A DNA stretch of 64,000 bases. Source: Gemmatimonadota bacterium. GTDB taxonomy: Bacteria > Gemmatimonadota > Gemmatimonadetes > Longimicrobiales > Gaopeijiaceae. Shown in pieces: positions 49,271-61,132 of this stretch; positions within the stretch are counted from its first letter, which is position 1; every line of letters starts with the position of its first letter. Location of the stretch: NCBI GenBank assembly GCA_034521595.1, contig JAXHMG010000003.1, positions 1,184,001-1,248,000 on the forward strand. The letters run 5' to 3'. Both the position numbers and the translations under genes were made by a program. Under the pieces are notes generated by a model. It was given only the letters and a program-made list of their open reading frames with translations, was not told the origin of the DNA and ran no database searches.

Positions 49271-50249
49271 GAGCTTCGATCCTCTCCTGAATGACCAGGG
49301 TCACCGCGAGGGCTTCGCGTCCCTCGTGGCCCGACACGGAGGGTATGCGACCGTTCGTTATGGCATCCCGGAAGCTCTCGAGCTCGCGAGCCAACGGCTC
49401 CCCGCCGTTCCCGACGAGCGAGATCCGCTCCACGATGTCCCCGAGATTTTCCGCTCGGATGCCGGACCCCGGACGTTCTCCGCTGAGCCCCGGCAGCTCG
49501 TCCCGCAGACGCAAAAACTCCCCCGAGCCCTGGGCCAGATCGAGACTCATGTACCCCGAACGCTGGAAAATCCTGAGCTTTCGCATCCGTTCCAGGGAGA
49601 CCCGACTCGCGGTGAGATTCGCCACGCCACCCCCCTCGAACGTCAGGCGGGCGTTGGCGATGTCCACATTCTCGGAAAGGACGGGGACCCCGACGGCCGC
49701 GACCTCCAGGATGGGCTTACCCACGATGCGCATGACCAGATCCACGTCATGGATCATGAGGTCGAGCACCACCGCGACGTCCGTGCTCCGGGCGGAGAAC
49801 GGAGCCATGCGGTGCGACTCGATGAAGAGTGGCCGGTCCAAGTGCTCCCACGCACGCACCAGCGCCGAGTTGAAGCGCTCGACATGGCCCACCTGCACCA
49901 CCGCGCCGCCCCGTTCCGCGGCCGCGAGGATCCGGTCGGCAGACTCCAACGTGCCCGCCAGCGGCTTTTCCACGAGCACGTGCACTCCCCGTTCGAGCCC
50001 GGCACGCGCCACGGCCTCGTGCTCGGACGTAGGAACGGCCACGACCAAGCCGTCCGATACGTCGAGAAGAGCTTCCAGAGACGGGAAGCAGGGGATGCCG
50101 AAGGCCTCGGCGACCTCCTCGCCCCGGTCCATCCGCACGTCGAACACCCCCGCGGCGTTCACCCCCTCCAGGGAGGAGATGATCCGGGCATGGTGATAGC
50201 CGAGCGAGCCGACCCCTGCGACCCCGATGCGTGGGTGGGTAGCGGACAA
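49245..50249 (-). CDS. Gfo/Idh/MocA oxidoreductase (GnnA-like)
   Basis: GVGSLGYHHAR, VEKP, QVGHVERFN, FIESHR, DVAVVLDLMIHD, DIANARL, ANLTASRVS. Confidence 0.88.
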   Translation of the reverse strand: MSATHPRIGVAGVGSLGYHHARIISSLEGVNAAGVFDVRMDRGEEVAEAFGIPCFPSLEALLDVSDGLVVAVPTSEHEAVARAGLERGVHVLVEKPLAGTLESADRILAAAERGGAVVQVGHVERFNSALVRAWEHLDRPLFIESHRMAPFSARSTDVAVVLDLMIHDVDLVMRIVGKPILEVAAVGVPVLSENVDIANARLTFEGGGVANLTASRVSLERMRKLRIFQRSGYMSLDLAQGSGEFLRLRDELPGLSGERPGSGIRAENLGDIVERISLVGNGGEPLARELESFRDAITNGRIPSVSGHEGREALAVTLVIQERIEAHVIDARTP

Positions 50250-50266
50250 CGGTCGTCCCTGTCGCT

Positions 50267-51070
50267 TCAGATCGTGATGCCGCGCTCGCTAGCCCGGATG
50301 AACGAAAGCAAGTGGCGCACTTCGGGAATCGAATCGACTTCCTCCTCGGCCTTCCGGAGGGCGTCCCGTAGCCCGAGGCTCGACTGGAACAGGATCCTGT
50401 ACGTTCGCTTGAGCGCCTTCCGGACTTCGTCGGAGAACCCGCGCCGTTCGAGCCCCACCGAGTTGAGCCCGAACAACCGCGGCGGGTTACCCGCCGCACG
50501 GCAGTATGGCGCGACGTCCTGGGATACCCGCGAGCCCCCACCCACGAATGCGTGAGCGCCGACCCGCACGTACTGGTGGATGGGCGTCAAACCACCGACG
50601 ACCACCCAATCCTCGAGGAGGACATGGCCGGCCATGTTCACGGAGTTGGCCAGGACCACGTGATTGCCGAGCTCACAGTCATGGGCCACGTGCGAATAAG
50701 CCATCAGGAGACAGTCGCTCCCCACTACCGTGCGACCGGAGGCGGACGTGCCTCGGTTGAGCGTCGCGAATTCCCGGATGACCGTTCGGTCGCCGACCTC
50801 CAGAAGGGTCCGCTCACCCTGGAATTTCAAGTCCTGAGGGTCGGTCCCCAACACGGCTCCGTTCTGAACCTGGCAGTCCTCACCGATCACGGTATCCCTC
50901 TCGATGGTCACGCGAGGACCGAGCTCGGTCCCGTCTCCGATGCGCACCCGGGGACCGACCATGGCCCAGGGTCCGACGACGACCCCCTCGCCCAGCTCCG
51001 CTTCGGGGTCCACCAACGCGGTGGAATGAATTCGCGTGCCCGATCGTGCACCGACCGTCGTATTGCTCAT
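50267..51070 (-). CDS. lpxA: Acyl-ACP-UDP-N-acetylglucosamine O-acyltransferase
   Basis: Hexapeptide repeats, DPQDLKF, IREFATLNRGT, HVAHDC, AGHV, HQYVRVG, GLNSVGLERRGF. Confidence 0.97.
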   Translation of the reverse strand: MSNTTVGARSGTRIHSTALVDPEAELGEGVVVGPWAMVGPRVRIGDGTELGPRVTIERDTVIGEDCQVQNGAVLGTDPQDLKFQGERTLLEVGDRTVIREFATLNRGTSASGRTVVGSDCLLMAYSHVAHDCELGNHVVLANSVNMAGHVLLEDWVVVGGLTPIHQYVRVGAHAFVGGGSRVSQDVAPYCRAAGNPPRLFGLNSVGLERRGFSDEVRKALKRTYRILFQSSLGLRDALRKAEEEVDSIPEVRHLLSFIRASERGITI

Positions 51071-52356
51071 TTGTCTACGATCCTTGCCATGAACTCGGCC
51101 TCGGCGACGATTTGCTCGTCGACGAATCCCAGCCCTTTCATCTTGCAGGTATTTCTCCGGTGCTGGAGAATCTCCAGCTCGAAGACCAGAGTGTCCCCGG
51201 GAACGACAGGCTTCCGCCACTTCACGTTGTCCATGGTCATGAAGTAGACGACCTTGCTGTCCCGGTCCTCGACATCTTCCATCAGGAGGAGCCCACCGAC
51301 CTGGGCCATCGCCTCGACGATGAGGACACCCGGCATGACCGGGTGTCCCGGATAGTGCCCTTGGAAGAACGGCTCGTTGATGGTGACGTTCTTGATCCCG
51401 ACGATCCGCTTCCCCTCCTCGTAGTCCGTGATCCTGTCGACCAGGAGCATCGGATATCGGTGGGGCAAGCACTGCATGATCCTTGCCACGTCCACGATCG
51501 GGTCCCGTCCACTCCTCCGCGCGTGATCCCGAATCCGCCGGGCGAGCGCAACGTTCCCCGAATGGCTGGGTCGCTCCGCGACGATTCGGGCGTCGAGGCG
51601 GGCACCGAGCAACGCGAGATCTCCCACCATGTCGCCGACCTTGTGCCGGAGGAACTCGTCCGGGAACCGCAGCCCCCCTTCGTTCATGACACCGGCGTCG
51701 TCGAGGACCACCGAGTTCTCGAGCGATGAGCCACGAGCGAGCCCTCGGGCGCGTAGTGCTTCCGCATCGGCCATGAACCCGAAGGTGCGCGCGGGAGCCA
51801 GCTCCGCGCCGAACCCGTCCGGACCGATGTGGAAGGCCCCGTATTGGCGCCCGATCACCGCATGGTCGAAGTCGATGGTCGCCGAGATCTCCAACCCGTC
51901 ATTCGGAAGCGCCACGTACGACTGCCCTTCCGTCCCTTCGACCGTCAGCGGCCCGGAAACCTCGAGCCTTGGGACGGACGGGCCCTGCTCGGTTTCTCCG
52001 GCATCACGGAGCGCCTGCATATAGTCGCGAAACGATCCGTCACGGATCGGCGCTTCCGGCCCATCGAGGTCGATGAGGAGGTTGGTTATGCCGAGCGCTC
52101 CCACGCTCGCCATGACGTGTTCCACCGTGTGGACCTTCGCCTCGCCGGCCGCCAGGGTCGTCCCGAGATCGGTATCCAGGACATGGTCGAGGTCGGCGGG
52201 CACCACGGGTGCCCCTTCCAGGTCGGTCCGTCGAAAACGGACGCCGGTGTCGGGGTCCGCCGGGCTGAACGTGAGGCGAGCGGAAGCTCCGGAGTGCACG
52301 CCGCACCCCTCGAGAGTAACGGAGCGGGCGACAGTACGTTGACGGGCAGCGCTCAT
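51067..52356 (-). CDS. lpxC: Bifunctional LpxC/FabZ
   Basis: QRT..GVHSG, TVEHVMA, APARTFGF, HKVGDMVGDL, followed by FabZ LPHRYPMLLVDR, FQGHYPGHPVMPGVLIVEAMAQ. Confidence 0.96.
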   Translation of the reverse strand: MSAARQRTVARSVTLEGCGVHSGASARLTFSPADPDTGVRFRRTDLEGAPVVPADLDHVLDTDLGTTLAAGEAKVHTVEHVMASVGALGITNLLIDLDGPEAPIRDGSFRDYMQALRDAGETEQGPSVPRLEVSGPLTVEGTEGQSYVALPNDGLEISATIDFDHAVIGRQYGAFHIGPDGFGAELAPARTFGFMADAEALRARGLARGSSLENSVVLDDAGVMNEGGLRFPDEFLRHKVGDMVGDLALLGARLDARIVAERPSHSGNVALARRIRDHARRSGRDPIVDVARIMQCLPHRYPMLLVDRITDYEEGKRIVGIKNVTINEPFFQGHYPGHPVMPGVLIVEAMAQVGGLLLMEDVEDRDSKVVYFMTMDNVKWRKPVVPGDTLVFELEILQHRRNTCKMKGLGFVDEQIVAEAEFMARIVDK

Positions 52357-52483
52357 GCGAATTCGGCCGAAGGCGTGGTCCGGCGAACAACTCGCCCGGG
52401 ACCGTGGGAGTCCATCGAGAAAGTTAACGGAATCGGAGTGCCGTAGTAGGGTATCCGCAGCCGGACTATCGGGGATCCCGGCG

Positions 52484-53623
52484 TCACCCTTCGCCCGCCC
52501 CTTCGGCTACGTCTTCGGCTGCGTCTTCGCGCCCCTGGCTCCCGTCCCCGTCGGAGCGTTCGACGCGCAACTGCCGTACTTCCTCCTCCAGGGCGTCGAG
52601 GCGGTCGAGGAGCTTCGGAATACGGGTCAGGTGGGCTTGACGCCGCAGGTCCTCGCGGTGGGGTCGGGCCGGATGTCCCGAGACGGTCTCCCCCGAGGGC
52701 ACGTCCCGGAGCACCTTGGTCGCCACGGCGATGCGGGCACCATCTCCGATATCGAGATGCCCGATCGCGCCGGCTTGTCCGCCCATCCAAACGCCCGTGC
52801 CGATTCGGGTGGATCCGGCCACGCCGACGAGCGCGGCGACCAGGGTATGAGGCCCGATGCGAACGTTATGCGCGATTTGGACGAGGTTGTCCACCTTGAC
52901 GCCGTGTCCGAGCACGGTGTCCCCGATGGATCCGCGATCGATCGTCGTATTCGCGCCGATCTCGACATCGTCCTCGATCACGCAACCTCCGACCTGGGGG
53001 ATCTTACGGTGGGCTCCTTCGACCTGGGTGTAGCCGAATCCGTCCGCACCCAGACGCGCCCCCGCATGCACCCGCACACGGGCGCCGACCCTCGTACCGG
53101 GATATACGACCACGTGGGGATAAATGTGACACTGCTCGCCGATATCCACGTTGGATCCCACGACGCTGTGCGCACCAATCCAGGTTCCGTCGCCCACGAC
53201 CGCGCCGTCATCGAGCACCACGTAAGCCTCGATGGTGACATTCTGCCCCAACCTCACTCCATGTCCGATCACCGCGGTCGGATGGACTCCCGAACGACGG
53301 GCCGGCGGTGGCGGATGGAGGCGGGCGATCAATGACGGGAGCGCTTCATGCGCGCTCGTCACGACGACGCTCGCCATGGACGGAGGTACGGACGGGGCGA
53401 GCTCCTCCGACACCAAGACGGCGCCCGCGGTGCTCTCGGGGGCGTACCGTACGTACCGTTTGCTCGCCAGCAAACCGAGCTCGCCGGGGCCGGCCTGATC
53501 GATCGGCCGCAGGGCGTGAACGCGAATATCGGGATCGCCCTCAACCCGTCCACCGACCAAGCGCGCCACTTGTTCGAGCGTCAATCCGGCTGGCACGGCA
53601 TGCTCCTCATCGCGCTGCGTCAT
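52484..53623 (-). CDS. lpxD: UDP-3-O-acylglucosamine N-acyltransferase
   Basis: GADGFGY, KIPQVG, VEIGANTTIDRG, KVDNLVQIAHNV. Confidence 0.97.
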   Translation of the reverse strand: MTQRDEEHAVPAGLTLEQVARLVGGRVEGDPDIRVHALRPIDQAGPGELGLLASKRYVRYAPESTAGAVLVSEELAPSVPPSMASVVVTSAHEALPSLIARLHPPPPARRSGVHPTAVIGHGVRLGQNVTIEAYVVLDDGAVVGDGTWIGAHSVVGSNVDIGEQCHIYPHVVVYPGTRVGARVRVHAGARLGADGFGYTQVEGAHRKIPQVGGCVIEDDVEIGANTTIDRGSIGDTVLGHGVKVDNLVQIAHNVRIGPHTLVAALVGVAGSTRIGTGVWMGGQAGAIGHLDIGDGARIAVATKVLRDVPSGETVSGHPARPHREDLRRQAHLTRIPKLLDRLDALEEEVRQLRVERSDGDGSQGREDAAEDVAEGAGEG

Positions 53624-53775
53624 TCATGCCCCCTCCCCAGAAGCGGACGTTTCCCGTCGCCTGCCCGTTAACCGGCACGTCTCCCGGGCCGGTCCGGGAC
53701 ATACGAAGGGCCCAGGCGCATGTTGCGTCCCGGGCCCTCCGGCGTTCACTCGCTTCCCGTCGCGACCGCTAACCG

Positions 53776-54318
53776 TTATCGGTCGCTTCCGCCGGGGCTC
53801 TCCTCGTTCCGCGCAGCGAGACGCTCGATGACGTCGTCGGTCACATCGAGCGCGGGATCGGCCGCGACCACGGAGCCGGCCGCCACGTCCAGGATCAGGT
53901 CATAGCCGCGTTCCTCGCGGATCTGCTCGATGATCTGGGTAATCTGATCCATCACCGGCTGCACCAACTCCGCGCGGCGCTGCGCGGCTATCTCCTGCAA
54001 TTGGTTCCCACGCTGTTGGTACTCTTGCATCTTGGCCTGGATCTGCTGCTCGCGATTCTTCCTGGCCTCCGGAGAGAGCGTCAGCTGCTGTTGCTGATAC
54101 TGCTGCTCCATGCCCCGGATCTCCTCTTCCAGCTGTTGGATCTCCTGCTGGTACCCCTGCATCTCACGGTCGAACTGAGCCTGGGCCTCCTGAGCCCCGG
54201 GAGCCTCGTTCATGACTTCTTGCGAGTTGAGGTACGCGATCCTGAGCGTCTGCGCCTCGGCGGTCCCTGAGACGAGCAGGAAAGCCAGCGCCATGAGCGC
54301 GAACGGGATGCGTCGCAT
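53776..54318 (-). CDS. skp: OmpH/Skp periplasmic chaperone
   Basis: Signal peptide, RIAYLNSQEV, Gln-rich coiled coil, GYDLILD, DVTDDVI; between bamA and lpxD. Confidence 0.92.
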   Translation of the reverse strand: MRRIPFALMALAFLLVSGTAEAQTLRIAYLNSQEVMNEAPGAQEAQAQFDREMQGYQQEIQQLEEEIRGMEQQYQQQQLTLSPEARKNREQQIQAKMQEYQQRGNQLQEIAAQRRAELVQPVMDQITQIIEQIREERGYDLILDVAAGSVVAADPALDVTDDVIERLAARNEESPGGSDR

Positions 54319-54480
54319 TGTGTTTACTCCCTCTTGTAGGCTGCAGCCGACCGTGGTCCGCCGATGGCGGATGCGTGTACGCGCACGGCCGACCCTGTTT
54401 CGTGGTTCGTAATCCCTAGTGACCAGCATGTTCCCGGGTTCCCACGACCCGAGCGCAGCGGGCATGCAGCCCGCCAATCT

Positions 54481-56940
54481 CTAGAATCCGGGGCCCATGC
54501 GGAAGTGGAACTGCCACCCCGGATCCGGCGCTCCCGACGGCGTGGCTCGGTCGAAGCCATACGCATAATCGAGTCCGATCGGGCCGAACGGGGTGACGAT
54601 CTGCATCCCGAAGCCCGCGCCGCGGAACATCCGTGTCGGATCGATCTCGCCCGGACTCCTCCACACGTTACCGGCATCGAAGAACGCCCCCAGACCGACC
54701 TGCCCGCTCAGTCGGACCGCGTACTCCGCCGTGAGGCTGAAGAACGCGTTACCCAGGCGCTCGATATCCTGCACCCCCCGGGCGCCCTCGGGAACGTAGC
54801 CCACCGGCGTGATGGCGGTTTCCGGATATCCGCGCAGATTCTCGCCGAACTGAACGCCTCCCATCCAGAAGCGGTCGAACGGGAAGGCGTCCGCATTGCC
54901 CAGGACGGCCCCACCCCGGAGGGTGAGCCCGAGCGCCAGGCGGATCCCGCTGTTCGGTGTCTGATCTCCGCCGATGCGACCCGCGGGGACCCACCACGTT
55001 CCGTCGGCCAGAATCCGCGTGAAGTCGCCGTCGCCCCCGAGCACGCCACCATTCAGCTCGACGTTGACGTTCTGTCTCGACCCCACCGTGGGAAACAGCG
55101 GGTGGTCGAGCGTCTGCCGGGTCACTCCCAGCGTGAGCTGGCTCTGGACGCCGGGCGGCAGCCCGAACAGGGACGTGTCGTCCACGTCGCTGAACAGCTC
55201 GTACTTCGTCCGGGAGATCCCGTAGCCGACGGACACGCGGGAGTCCCTGGAGTCGGGCCACGGGAAACCGATGCTCACGTTGGTCCCGATCCGCCGCCGC
55301 CGGCCCGTCGAAAACTGGAAGAATCGGTCACGCGAGTTGAACAGCGAAAGCGATCCGGAAACCCGACTCTGGAAGAGCGCCGGATCCGAATAGCTCATCT
55401 CGAAGCTGTTCAAGTAGCGCCCGAAATCCCAACGTAAGCTGCCCGATTTGGCCTGGCCGAAGAGATTGGGCTGCTCGTACCCGATGAACCCGGAGAGCCC
55501 CACACCTCCCCCGACCGACGTACCGAAATTGACCGACCCCGTCTGCTTTTCCTGCACGTTGAACATGATATCCACGTCGCCGTTCTCGAGCGGCTGGATA
55601 TCCGGGAACGGCAACGGCTCCTCGAAGAAGCCCAGGGACGAGATACTCTGATAGCTCCGGATCAGCCGATCCTGGCTGTAGACGTCACCGGGCAGGATCG
55701 AGAGCTGGTTCCGGATCACCCACTCGTAGGTGTACTCGTTCCCGGTGATGCCGACACGGTTCACGATGGCCGGCTCACCCTCTCTGATCTCCCAGCTCGC
55801 GTCGACGGTGGCGACGCCGTCCTCGCCGGCCGGGTTGCGCTGGAGCACCGGGTTGACCTCGACGTAGAGGTAGCCCTCGTTCCTGTACGCTTCCATGAGC
55901 TGTTGCATGGCCGCGTTGAACTCTTCGGCGTCGAAGACCTCACCGGTCAGGTTGCCGTCGCCTCCTCCGATGCCGAGGCTCTGGAACACCCCCCCCTCCT
56001 CGGAGCGGAAGAAGCTCCGGATCTCCTCGGTCGCGAAGCGGGAGTTCCCGTCCACCTCGAACGATCCCAGATGGTACTGCGGACCCTCCTCGATCATGAC
56101 TTCGAGACGGGCCTTACCTGTCTCCGGATCCACGACGAGCGTGTCCGAAAGCACCTGAAAATCCAGGAATCCCCGCGACCGGTACAGACTAGGCAGTCGT
56201 TCCTCGAGGTCCGTTTGGAGCTCGACCTCGTCATACTGACCGGACCGGAACCACCAGAACCCTTCCGGACGCGTCGACATCGCTCCGGTCAACTCGCCGT
56301 CCGAGAGACGCTCGTTGCCCTCGAAGCGTACGTCGGCCACGGTCACGCGATGACCCTCGGTCACGTCGAAGATGATGTCGACCTCTCCGGGCCCGCCCGC
56401 AACCGGCTCGACCCGATCCTCGATCTGAGCGAAGGGGATTCCGCGCTCCGAGAGCTCGCTTCGAATGAACGCCTTCGCGTCGAGGATACGTTGACGGTCG
56501 AGAGGCGCCCCGGTCCGCAAGCCCGTGGTATCCCGAACTTGGCCGGCCGAGACACTCTCCAGTCCGTTCATGACGATCGAACGGACCACGTCCTGCTCTT
56601 CGACCTCGACCACGAGCGTCACCGGCGCCGTCGCGTCCGACCCTCGCGCGCGCACGACCACATCCCGGAACTGTCCGGTCTCCACCAGGGCCTTGATCCC
56701 GCGCTGGATGTCCCGGTAGGTGATGCTTTGCCCTTCCTGGACACCGAAGAGCGCGGTGATGGCCCGGGCCTCCACCCGACGGTTCCCCTCCACCACTACG
56801 GAATCGACGGTCGTCGCTCCAGGCCCTTGCTGGGCGGCCGTACCGGAGGGGGCCCACACAGTCAAAACGACGAGGAAGGTCGTCGCAAATGCGCCGACCT
56901 TCCTCGGTCGCCCGATCCTTCGGTCTGTCTTCGAACTCAC
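54481..56940 (-). CDS. bamA: Outer membrane protein assembly factor BamA
   Basis: POTRA repeats ([20 protein letters not shown]), [25 protein letters not shown]-terminal F. Confidence 0.96.
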   Translation of the reverse strand: MSSKTDRRIGRPRKVGAFATTFLVVLTVWAPSGTAAQQGPGATTVDSVVVEGNRRVEARAITALFGVQEGQSITYRDIQRGIKALVETGQFRDVVVRARGSDATAPVTLVVEVEEQDVVRSIVMNGLESVSAGQVRDTTGLRTGAPLDRQRILDAKAFIRSELSERGIPFAQIEDRVEPVAGGPGEVDIIFDVTEGHRVTVADVRFEGNERLSDGELTGAMSTRPEGFWWFRSGQYDEVELQTDLEERLPSLYRSRGFLDFQVLSDTLVVDPETGKARLEVMIEEGPQYHLGSFEVDGNSRFATEEIRSFFRSEEGGVFQSLGIGGGDGNLTGEVFDAEEFNAAMQQLMEAYRNEGYLYVEVNPVLQRNPAGEDGVATVDASWEIREGEPAIVNRVGITGNEYTYEWVIRNQLSILPGDVYSQDRLIRSYQSISSLGFFEEPLPFPDIQPLENGDVDIMFNVQEKQTGSVNFGTSVGGGVGLSGFIGYEQPNLFGQAKSGSLRWDFGRYLNSFEMSYSDPALFQSRVSGSLSLFNSRDRFFQFSTGRRRRIGTNVSIGFPWPDSRDSRVSVGYGISRTKYELFSDVDDTSLFGLPPGVQSQLTLGVTRQTLDHPLFPTVGSRQNVNVELNGGVLGGDGDFTRILADGTWWVPAGRIGGDQTPNSGIRLALGLTLRGGAVLGNADAFPFDRFWMGGVQFGENLRGYPETAITPVGYVPEGARGVQDIERLGNAFFSLTAEYAVRLSGQVGLGAFFDAGNVWRSPGEIDPTRMFRGAGFGMQIVTPFGPIGLDYAYGFDRATPSGAPDPGWQFHFRMGPGF

Positions 56941-59420
56941 GTTTTTGTCGCCGATTGCGCCTGCAGGATGAGTCGGTCTTCGTCGGGATCCACGCTCACC
57001 TCGACCTCGTCCCCTTCGCTGAACTCGGACTGGAGAATCTTCTCGGAGAGTGGATCCTCGAGGTAACGCTGGATGGCACGCCTCAACGGACGTGCGCCAA
57101 ACTTCTCGTTGTAGCCTTCCTCCACGAGGAAGTTGATCGCCGGCTCGGTGAGCCGAAGGGTGATGCCTTCTTCGCCGAGTCGTACCCGCACGTCCTCCAC
57201 GAGGATATGCACGATCTGTCCGAGCTGCTCTCTCGTGAGCGGATGGAAGACGATCGTGTCGTCGATCCGGTTCAGGAACTCGGGATTGAACGCACGCTCG
57301 ATCTCCTGGGTGACCTTGTCCTTCATCACGTCGTAGCTCGACGTGACCTCGCCCGACTGGAAGCCCACGCCTCCCCCCTTGGAGATATCCCGGGCACCGA
57401 GGTTCGACGTCATGATCAGGACGGTGTTCTTGAAGTCGATCACCCGCCCGTAGTTGTCGGTGAGGTGCCCTTCGTCGAGGACTTGAAGCAAGATGTTGAA
57501 CACATCCGGATGAGCCTTCTCGATCTCGTCGAGGAGCACCACGGAGTACGGCCTACGCCGGACTGCCTTGGTGAGCGCACCCGAATCCTCGTACCCGACG
57601 TATCCGGGAGGCGCGCCGATGAGCCTCGACACGGAGAACTTCTCCATGTATTCGCTCATGTCCACGCGCACGAGCGCTTCCTTGTCGGCGAAGAGGAACT
57701 CCGCGAGCGCACGAGCCAACTCGGTCTTTCCGACCCCGGTCGGGCCGGAGAAGATGAACGAGCCGATAGGCCGTTGTGGGTTCTTGAGGCCGGCACGGCT
57801 CCTCCGGATCGCCCGACTGATCGCCTGGATCGCGTCATCCTGCCCGACGACCCGCTTGTGGAGCTCTTCCTCCATGTTCACGAGTCGATCGGACTCGGTC
57901 TTACGGATGCGTGTGACCGGGATTCCAGTCCACCGACTGACGATGAAGCCGATCTCCTCGTTCGAGATCTCGGGACGGAATTTCTTCCGCTCTTCCTCCC
58001 AAACGGTCTGCTGCTCGCGGATCGACTGACCCAGCTCGCGCTCCTCGTCCCGAAGCTCCGCCGCCCGCTCGAAGTCCTGGTCCCCGATCGCGGCCTCCTT
58101 GCGCTTCGCGATCTCCGAGAGCTCTTCCTTCAGCTCTTCGACCTCGGGCGGCGGCACCTGGCTCGCGATCCGCGCACGAGCTCCCGCCTCGTCGATGACG
58201 TCGATGGCCTTGTCCGGCAGGAACCGATCCGTGATGTAGCGGTCCGAAAGCTTGGCCGCGTGCTCCAACGCCGCGTCCGGAATGATGACGCGGTGATGGT
58301 CTTCGTAATGGCCTCGCAAGCCCTTGAGGATCGCCACGGTCTCGTCCACGGCCGGCGGATCGACGATGACCGGCTGAAACCGGCGCTCGAGGGCGCCGTC
58401 TTTCTCGATGTACTTCCGGTACTCGTTCAGCGTGGACGCTCCGATGCACTGGAGCTCGCCCCGGGCGAGCGCGGGCTTGAGCATATTGGACGCATCGATC
58501 GCGCCCTCGGCCGCTCCCGCTCCGACGAGCGTGTGCAGCTCGTCGATGAAGAGGATGACCGTCTCGCTCTGCTGGATCTCGTTCATGACCGCCTTGAGGC
58601 GTTCCTCGAACTGCCCGCGGTACTTGGTGCCGGCGATCACCGCGGCCATGTCGAGTGCAAGAACACGGTAATCCTTGAGCGCGTCGGTCACCTCGCCCGA
58701 CGCGATGAGCTGAGCCAAGCCCTCCACGATCGCCGTCTTGCCGACCCCCGGCTCTCCGATCAGGACCGGGTTGTTCTTCTTCCGGCGGCAGAGAATCTCT
58801 ACGACCCGCTCGATTTCCGAGGCGCGACCGACCGTCGGATCGAGCTTCTCCTGTATAGCGAGCTCGGTGAGGTCGCGGCAGAAGTGGTCGAGCGCCGGGG
58901 TCTTGGATTTCTTCTCACCCGATTTCTGACCCTCGGGAGCCTGCCCGCCTGCTCCGATACCGGCGGGCTCGGACGGGTTCACATCGGAGCCCAACACCTT
59001 GAGCGTCTCCGCGCGCCCCTCTTCCAGCGTCACTCCGAGGGAGTTGAGCACCTGCGCGGCGATGCCTTTCTCCTCCCGCAACAGCCCGAGCAAGAGGTGC
59101 TCGGTGCCGACGTAGGAGTGATTGAAATCGCGGGCTTCCGCCATGGCGAACTCGAGCACTTTCTTCGCCCGACTCGTGTACGGAAGCTCCCCGAGGGCAA
59201 TCGTCGCCTTGCCTTTCCGGACCGACTCTTCGACCCGTTCGTGGATTTGGTCGAGATCCACGCTGAGGTTGGTGAGAACCGCGGCGGCGACCCCTTCGCC
59301 TTCGCGGATGAGGCCGAGGAGGATGTGCTCCGTGCCGACATAGTCGTGCTGCAGGCGAATGGCCTCCTCGCGCGCCATCGCCAACACTTTTCGCACTCGG
59401 TCGGTGAAGTTGTAGTTCAT
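56937..59420 (-). CDS. clpC: ATP-dependent Clp protease ATPase ClpC
   Basis: Two Clp-N repeats ([11 protein letters not shown]), [11 protein letters not shown]-type middle domain, [24 protein letters not shown]. Confidence 0.96.
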   Translation of the reverse strand: MNYNFTDRVRKVLAMAREEAIRLQHDYVGTEHILLGLIREGEGVAAAVLTNLSVDLDQIHERVEESVRKGKATIALGELPYTSRAKKVLEFAMAEARDFNHSYVGTEHLLLGLLREEKGIAAQVLNSLGVTLEEGRAETLKVLGSDVNPSEPAGIGAGGQAPEGQKSGEKKSKTPALDHFCRDLTELAIQEKLDPTVGRASEIERVVEILCRRKKNNPVLIGEPGVGKTAIVEGLAQLIASGEVTDALKDYRVLALDMAAVIAGTKYRGQFEERLKAVMNEIQQSETVILFIDELHTLVGAGAAEGAIDASNMLKPALARGELQCIGASTLNEYRKYIEKDGALERRFQPVIVDPPAVDETVAILKGLRGHYEDHHRVIIPDAALEHAAKLSDRYITDRFLPDKAIDVIDEAGARARIASQVPPPEVEELKEELSEIAKRKEAAIGDQDFERAAELRDEERELGQSIREQQTVWEEERKKFRPEISNEEIGFIVSRWTGIPVTRIRKTESDRLVNMEEELHKRVVGQDDAIQAISRAIRRSRAGLKNPQRPIGSFIFSGPTGVGKTELARALAEFLFADKEALVRVDMSEYMEKFSVSRLIGAPPGYVGYEDSGALTKAVRRRPYSVVLLDEIEKAHPDVFNILLQVLDEGHLTDNYGRVIDFKNTVLIMTSNLGARDISKGGGVGFQSGEVTSSYDVMKDKVTQEIERAFNPEFLNRIDDTIVFHPLTREQLGQIVHILVEDVRVRLGEEGITLRLTEPAINFLVEEGYNEKFGARPLRRAIQRYLEDPLSEKILQSEFSEGDEVEVSVDPDEDRLILQAQSATKT

Positions 59421-59423
59421 CCG

Positions 59424-60554
59424 TCAGGACCGGTCAGGGGAGTCGTCACCGTCGGACTCGGAATCGTCCGCGGAAACGCAACCTTCGGTAGCCAGAACGC
59501 GCCGGACGTAGGCCGCCCGGTGCGCATCGCTCTCCGTCGGAGGTAACTCACGGCCGGCGGCCTGCTCCAGGTGCGCCGACTGTGTGAAGATCATCATCTT
59601 GTTGAGCGTGTATACACGGAGCCCCGGGAGTAGTTTCAGGCCCACGCCCAACCGCACACCGGACAACAAGTTCATGAGCTCTTCGAACGAGAGCGACCGC
59701 GCGTAGCGAAGGAGTCCGTACGCCCGCCAGATCTTGTCCTCCGTGACGCCGAGGGCATCTCGCATGAGAACCTGGCGCGCGTGCATCTCGTACTGGATCA
59801 CCTGTCGCACGACCTTGTCCAGGTGGTCGACGAGATCCTCCTCGGTCTTGCCGAGAGTGGTCTGGTTCGAGACCTGGAAGAAGTTGCCCACCACTTCGGA
59901 GCCCTCTCCGTAGAGGCCGCGGAACGTCAGCCCCACCTGCCCGAGCCCTTGCAGCACCTTTCCGATTTCCTTGGTGAGAACCAAGCCGGGGAGATGCATG
60001 AACACCGAGGCCCGCAAACCCGTGCCGACGTTCGTCGGGCAGCTCGTGAGGAATCCGAACTCGTTGTGGTAGGCGAACGGCAACTCTCTGCCGAGCTCTT
60101 CGTCGAGGCGGTCCACCATGCGCCAAGCCTCTTCGATCCGCAGCCCGGACATCAGGCTCTGCGTCCGCAGGTGGTCTTCCTCGTTCACCATCACGCTGAG
60201 CGGATCCCCGCCCGAGAGATGAACGGCCGCCCCTTCCATGGGTGACTCTCCTTCGTCCCCCACGAGCTCCCTGGAGACCAACCTGCGCTCGAGCAGGATC
60301 TTCCGGGTGCGCAGGTCTGCCTTCGGGATTTCCAGGAGCGTTCCACCCCGTAGCGAGTCGCAACGCGCCATGCACCCGCTGAAGCGCTTTAGCACGGCTT
60401 CACGATCGTTCACCCGAGCCCGGGGCCCGAAGGCATGACCCTGGAGATTCCGCGCCAGCCGGACGCGAGTGGAAAGGACCACGTCCGCGTGGTCCCCGCT
60501 CGCTTCCAGCCAGCTCAGGCCGTAATCCGGGATCGTCGAGAACTCTTCCATCAC
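59424..60554 (-). CDS. mcsB: Protein-arginine kinase McsB
   Basis: STRVRLARN, MVNEEDHLR, GFLTSCPTNVGTGLRAS, RGLYGEGS, FQVSNQTTLG. Confidence 0.94.
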   Translation of the reverse strand: MMEEFSTIPDYGLSWLEASGDHADVVLSTRVRLARNLQGHAFGPRARVNDREAVLKRFSGCMARCDSLRGGTLLEIPKADLRTRKILLERRLVSRELVGDEGESPMEGAAVHLSGGDPLSVMVNEEDHLRTQSLMSGLRIEEAWRMVDRLDEELGRELPFAYHNEFGFLTSCPTNVGTGLRASVFMHLPGLVLTKEIGKVLQGLGQVGLTFRGLYGEGSEVVGNFFQVSNQTTLGKTEEDLVDHLDKVVRQVIQYEMHARQVLMRDALGVTEDKIWRAYGLLRYARSLSFEELMNLLSGVRLGVGLKLLPGLRVYTLNKMMIFTQSAHLEQAAGRELPPTESDAHRAAYVRRVLATEGCVSADDSESDGDDSPDRS

Positions 60555-61054
60555 GCGGGTTCGAGCGAGCGGATCTGGTCACGGAGCTCCGCGGCGCGCT
60601 CGAAGTCCTCGGATTCGATCGCGCGATGCAGGCTCCGGCGCAGCCCTTCGAGTCGCTTCTCCATCTCGGACGCGCTGGGATCGGGCGGCAGATAGACCTT
60701 TCCGACGTGTTGGGTCCCACCGTGCACCCGCCGCAACAGCCGTCGTAGAGCCGGTGCGAACGTCTCGTAGCAGTGCGGACAGCCGAGCCGGCCGGAGTCT
60801 CGGAACTGCTGGAAGGTCAGGCCGCAAAAGGAGCATTCGTGTTCGTCCGACTCCGGCTCTTCCACCTCGTCCTGACCCATCTGGGCCAGAAAGTCGGTGA
60901 GGGGCACGCTGACGGGTTCGGGAGTGCTTTCGAGACCCTTTTCCGCAGCGCATTTCTCGCACAAATGGAACGTCGACATCTCGTTGTCGACGATCTGCGT
61001 GAGGTGGACGACGGCATCCGTCGCGCCGCAATTGCTACAGACCATGTCAGACAT
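60551..61054 (-). CDS. mcsA: McsB activator McsA
   Basis: Four CxxC motifs, GRLGCPHCYETF, HVGKV, UVR domain ([13 protein letters not shown]). Confidence 0.93.
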   Translation of the reverse strand: MSDMVCSNCGATDAVVHLTQIVDNEMSTFHLCEKCAAEKGLESTPEPVSVPLTDFLAQMGQDEVEEPESDEHECSFCGLTFQQFRDSGRLGCPHCYETFAPALRRLLRRVHGGTQHVGKVYLPPDPSASEMEKRLEGLRRSLHRAIESEDFERAAELRDQIRSLEPA

Positions 61055-61132
61055 GGAACCCTCCACCGATTGCTCTCTCGCGTGCCCGGAAGCCCGTGGC
61101 CGCCACGATAGTCTTGGCGCTCATGGGCTACG

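Noticed and set aside
51067..52356. LpxC-FabZ fusion as a novelty
   Set aside because: The fusion is already known from Bacteroidota and related phyla.
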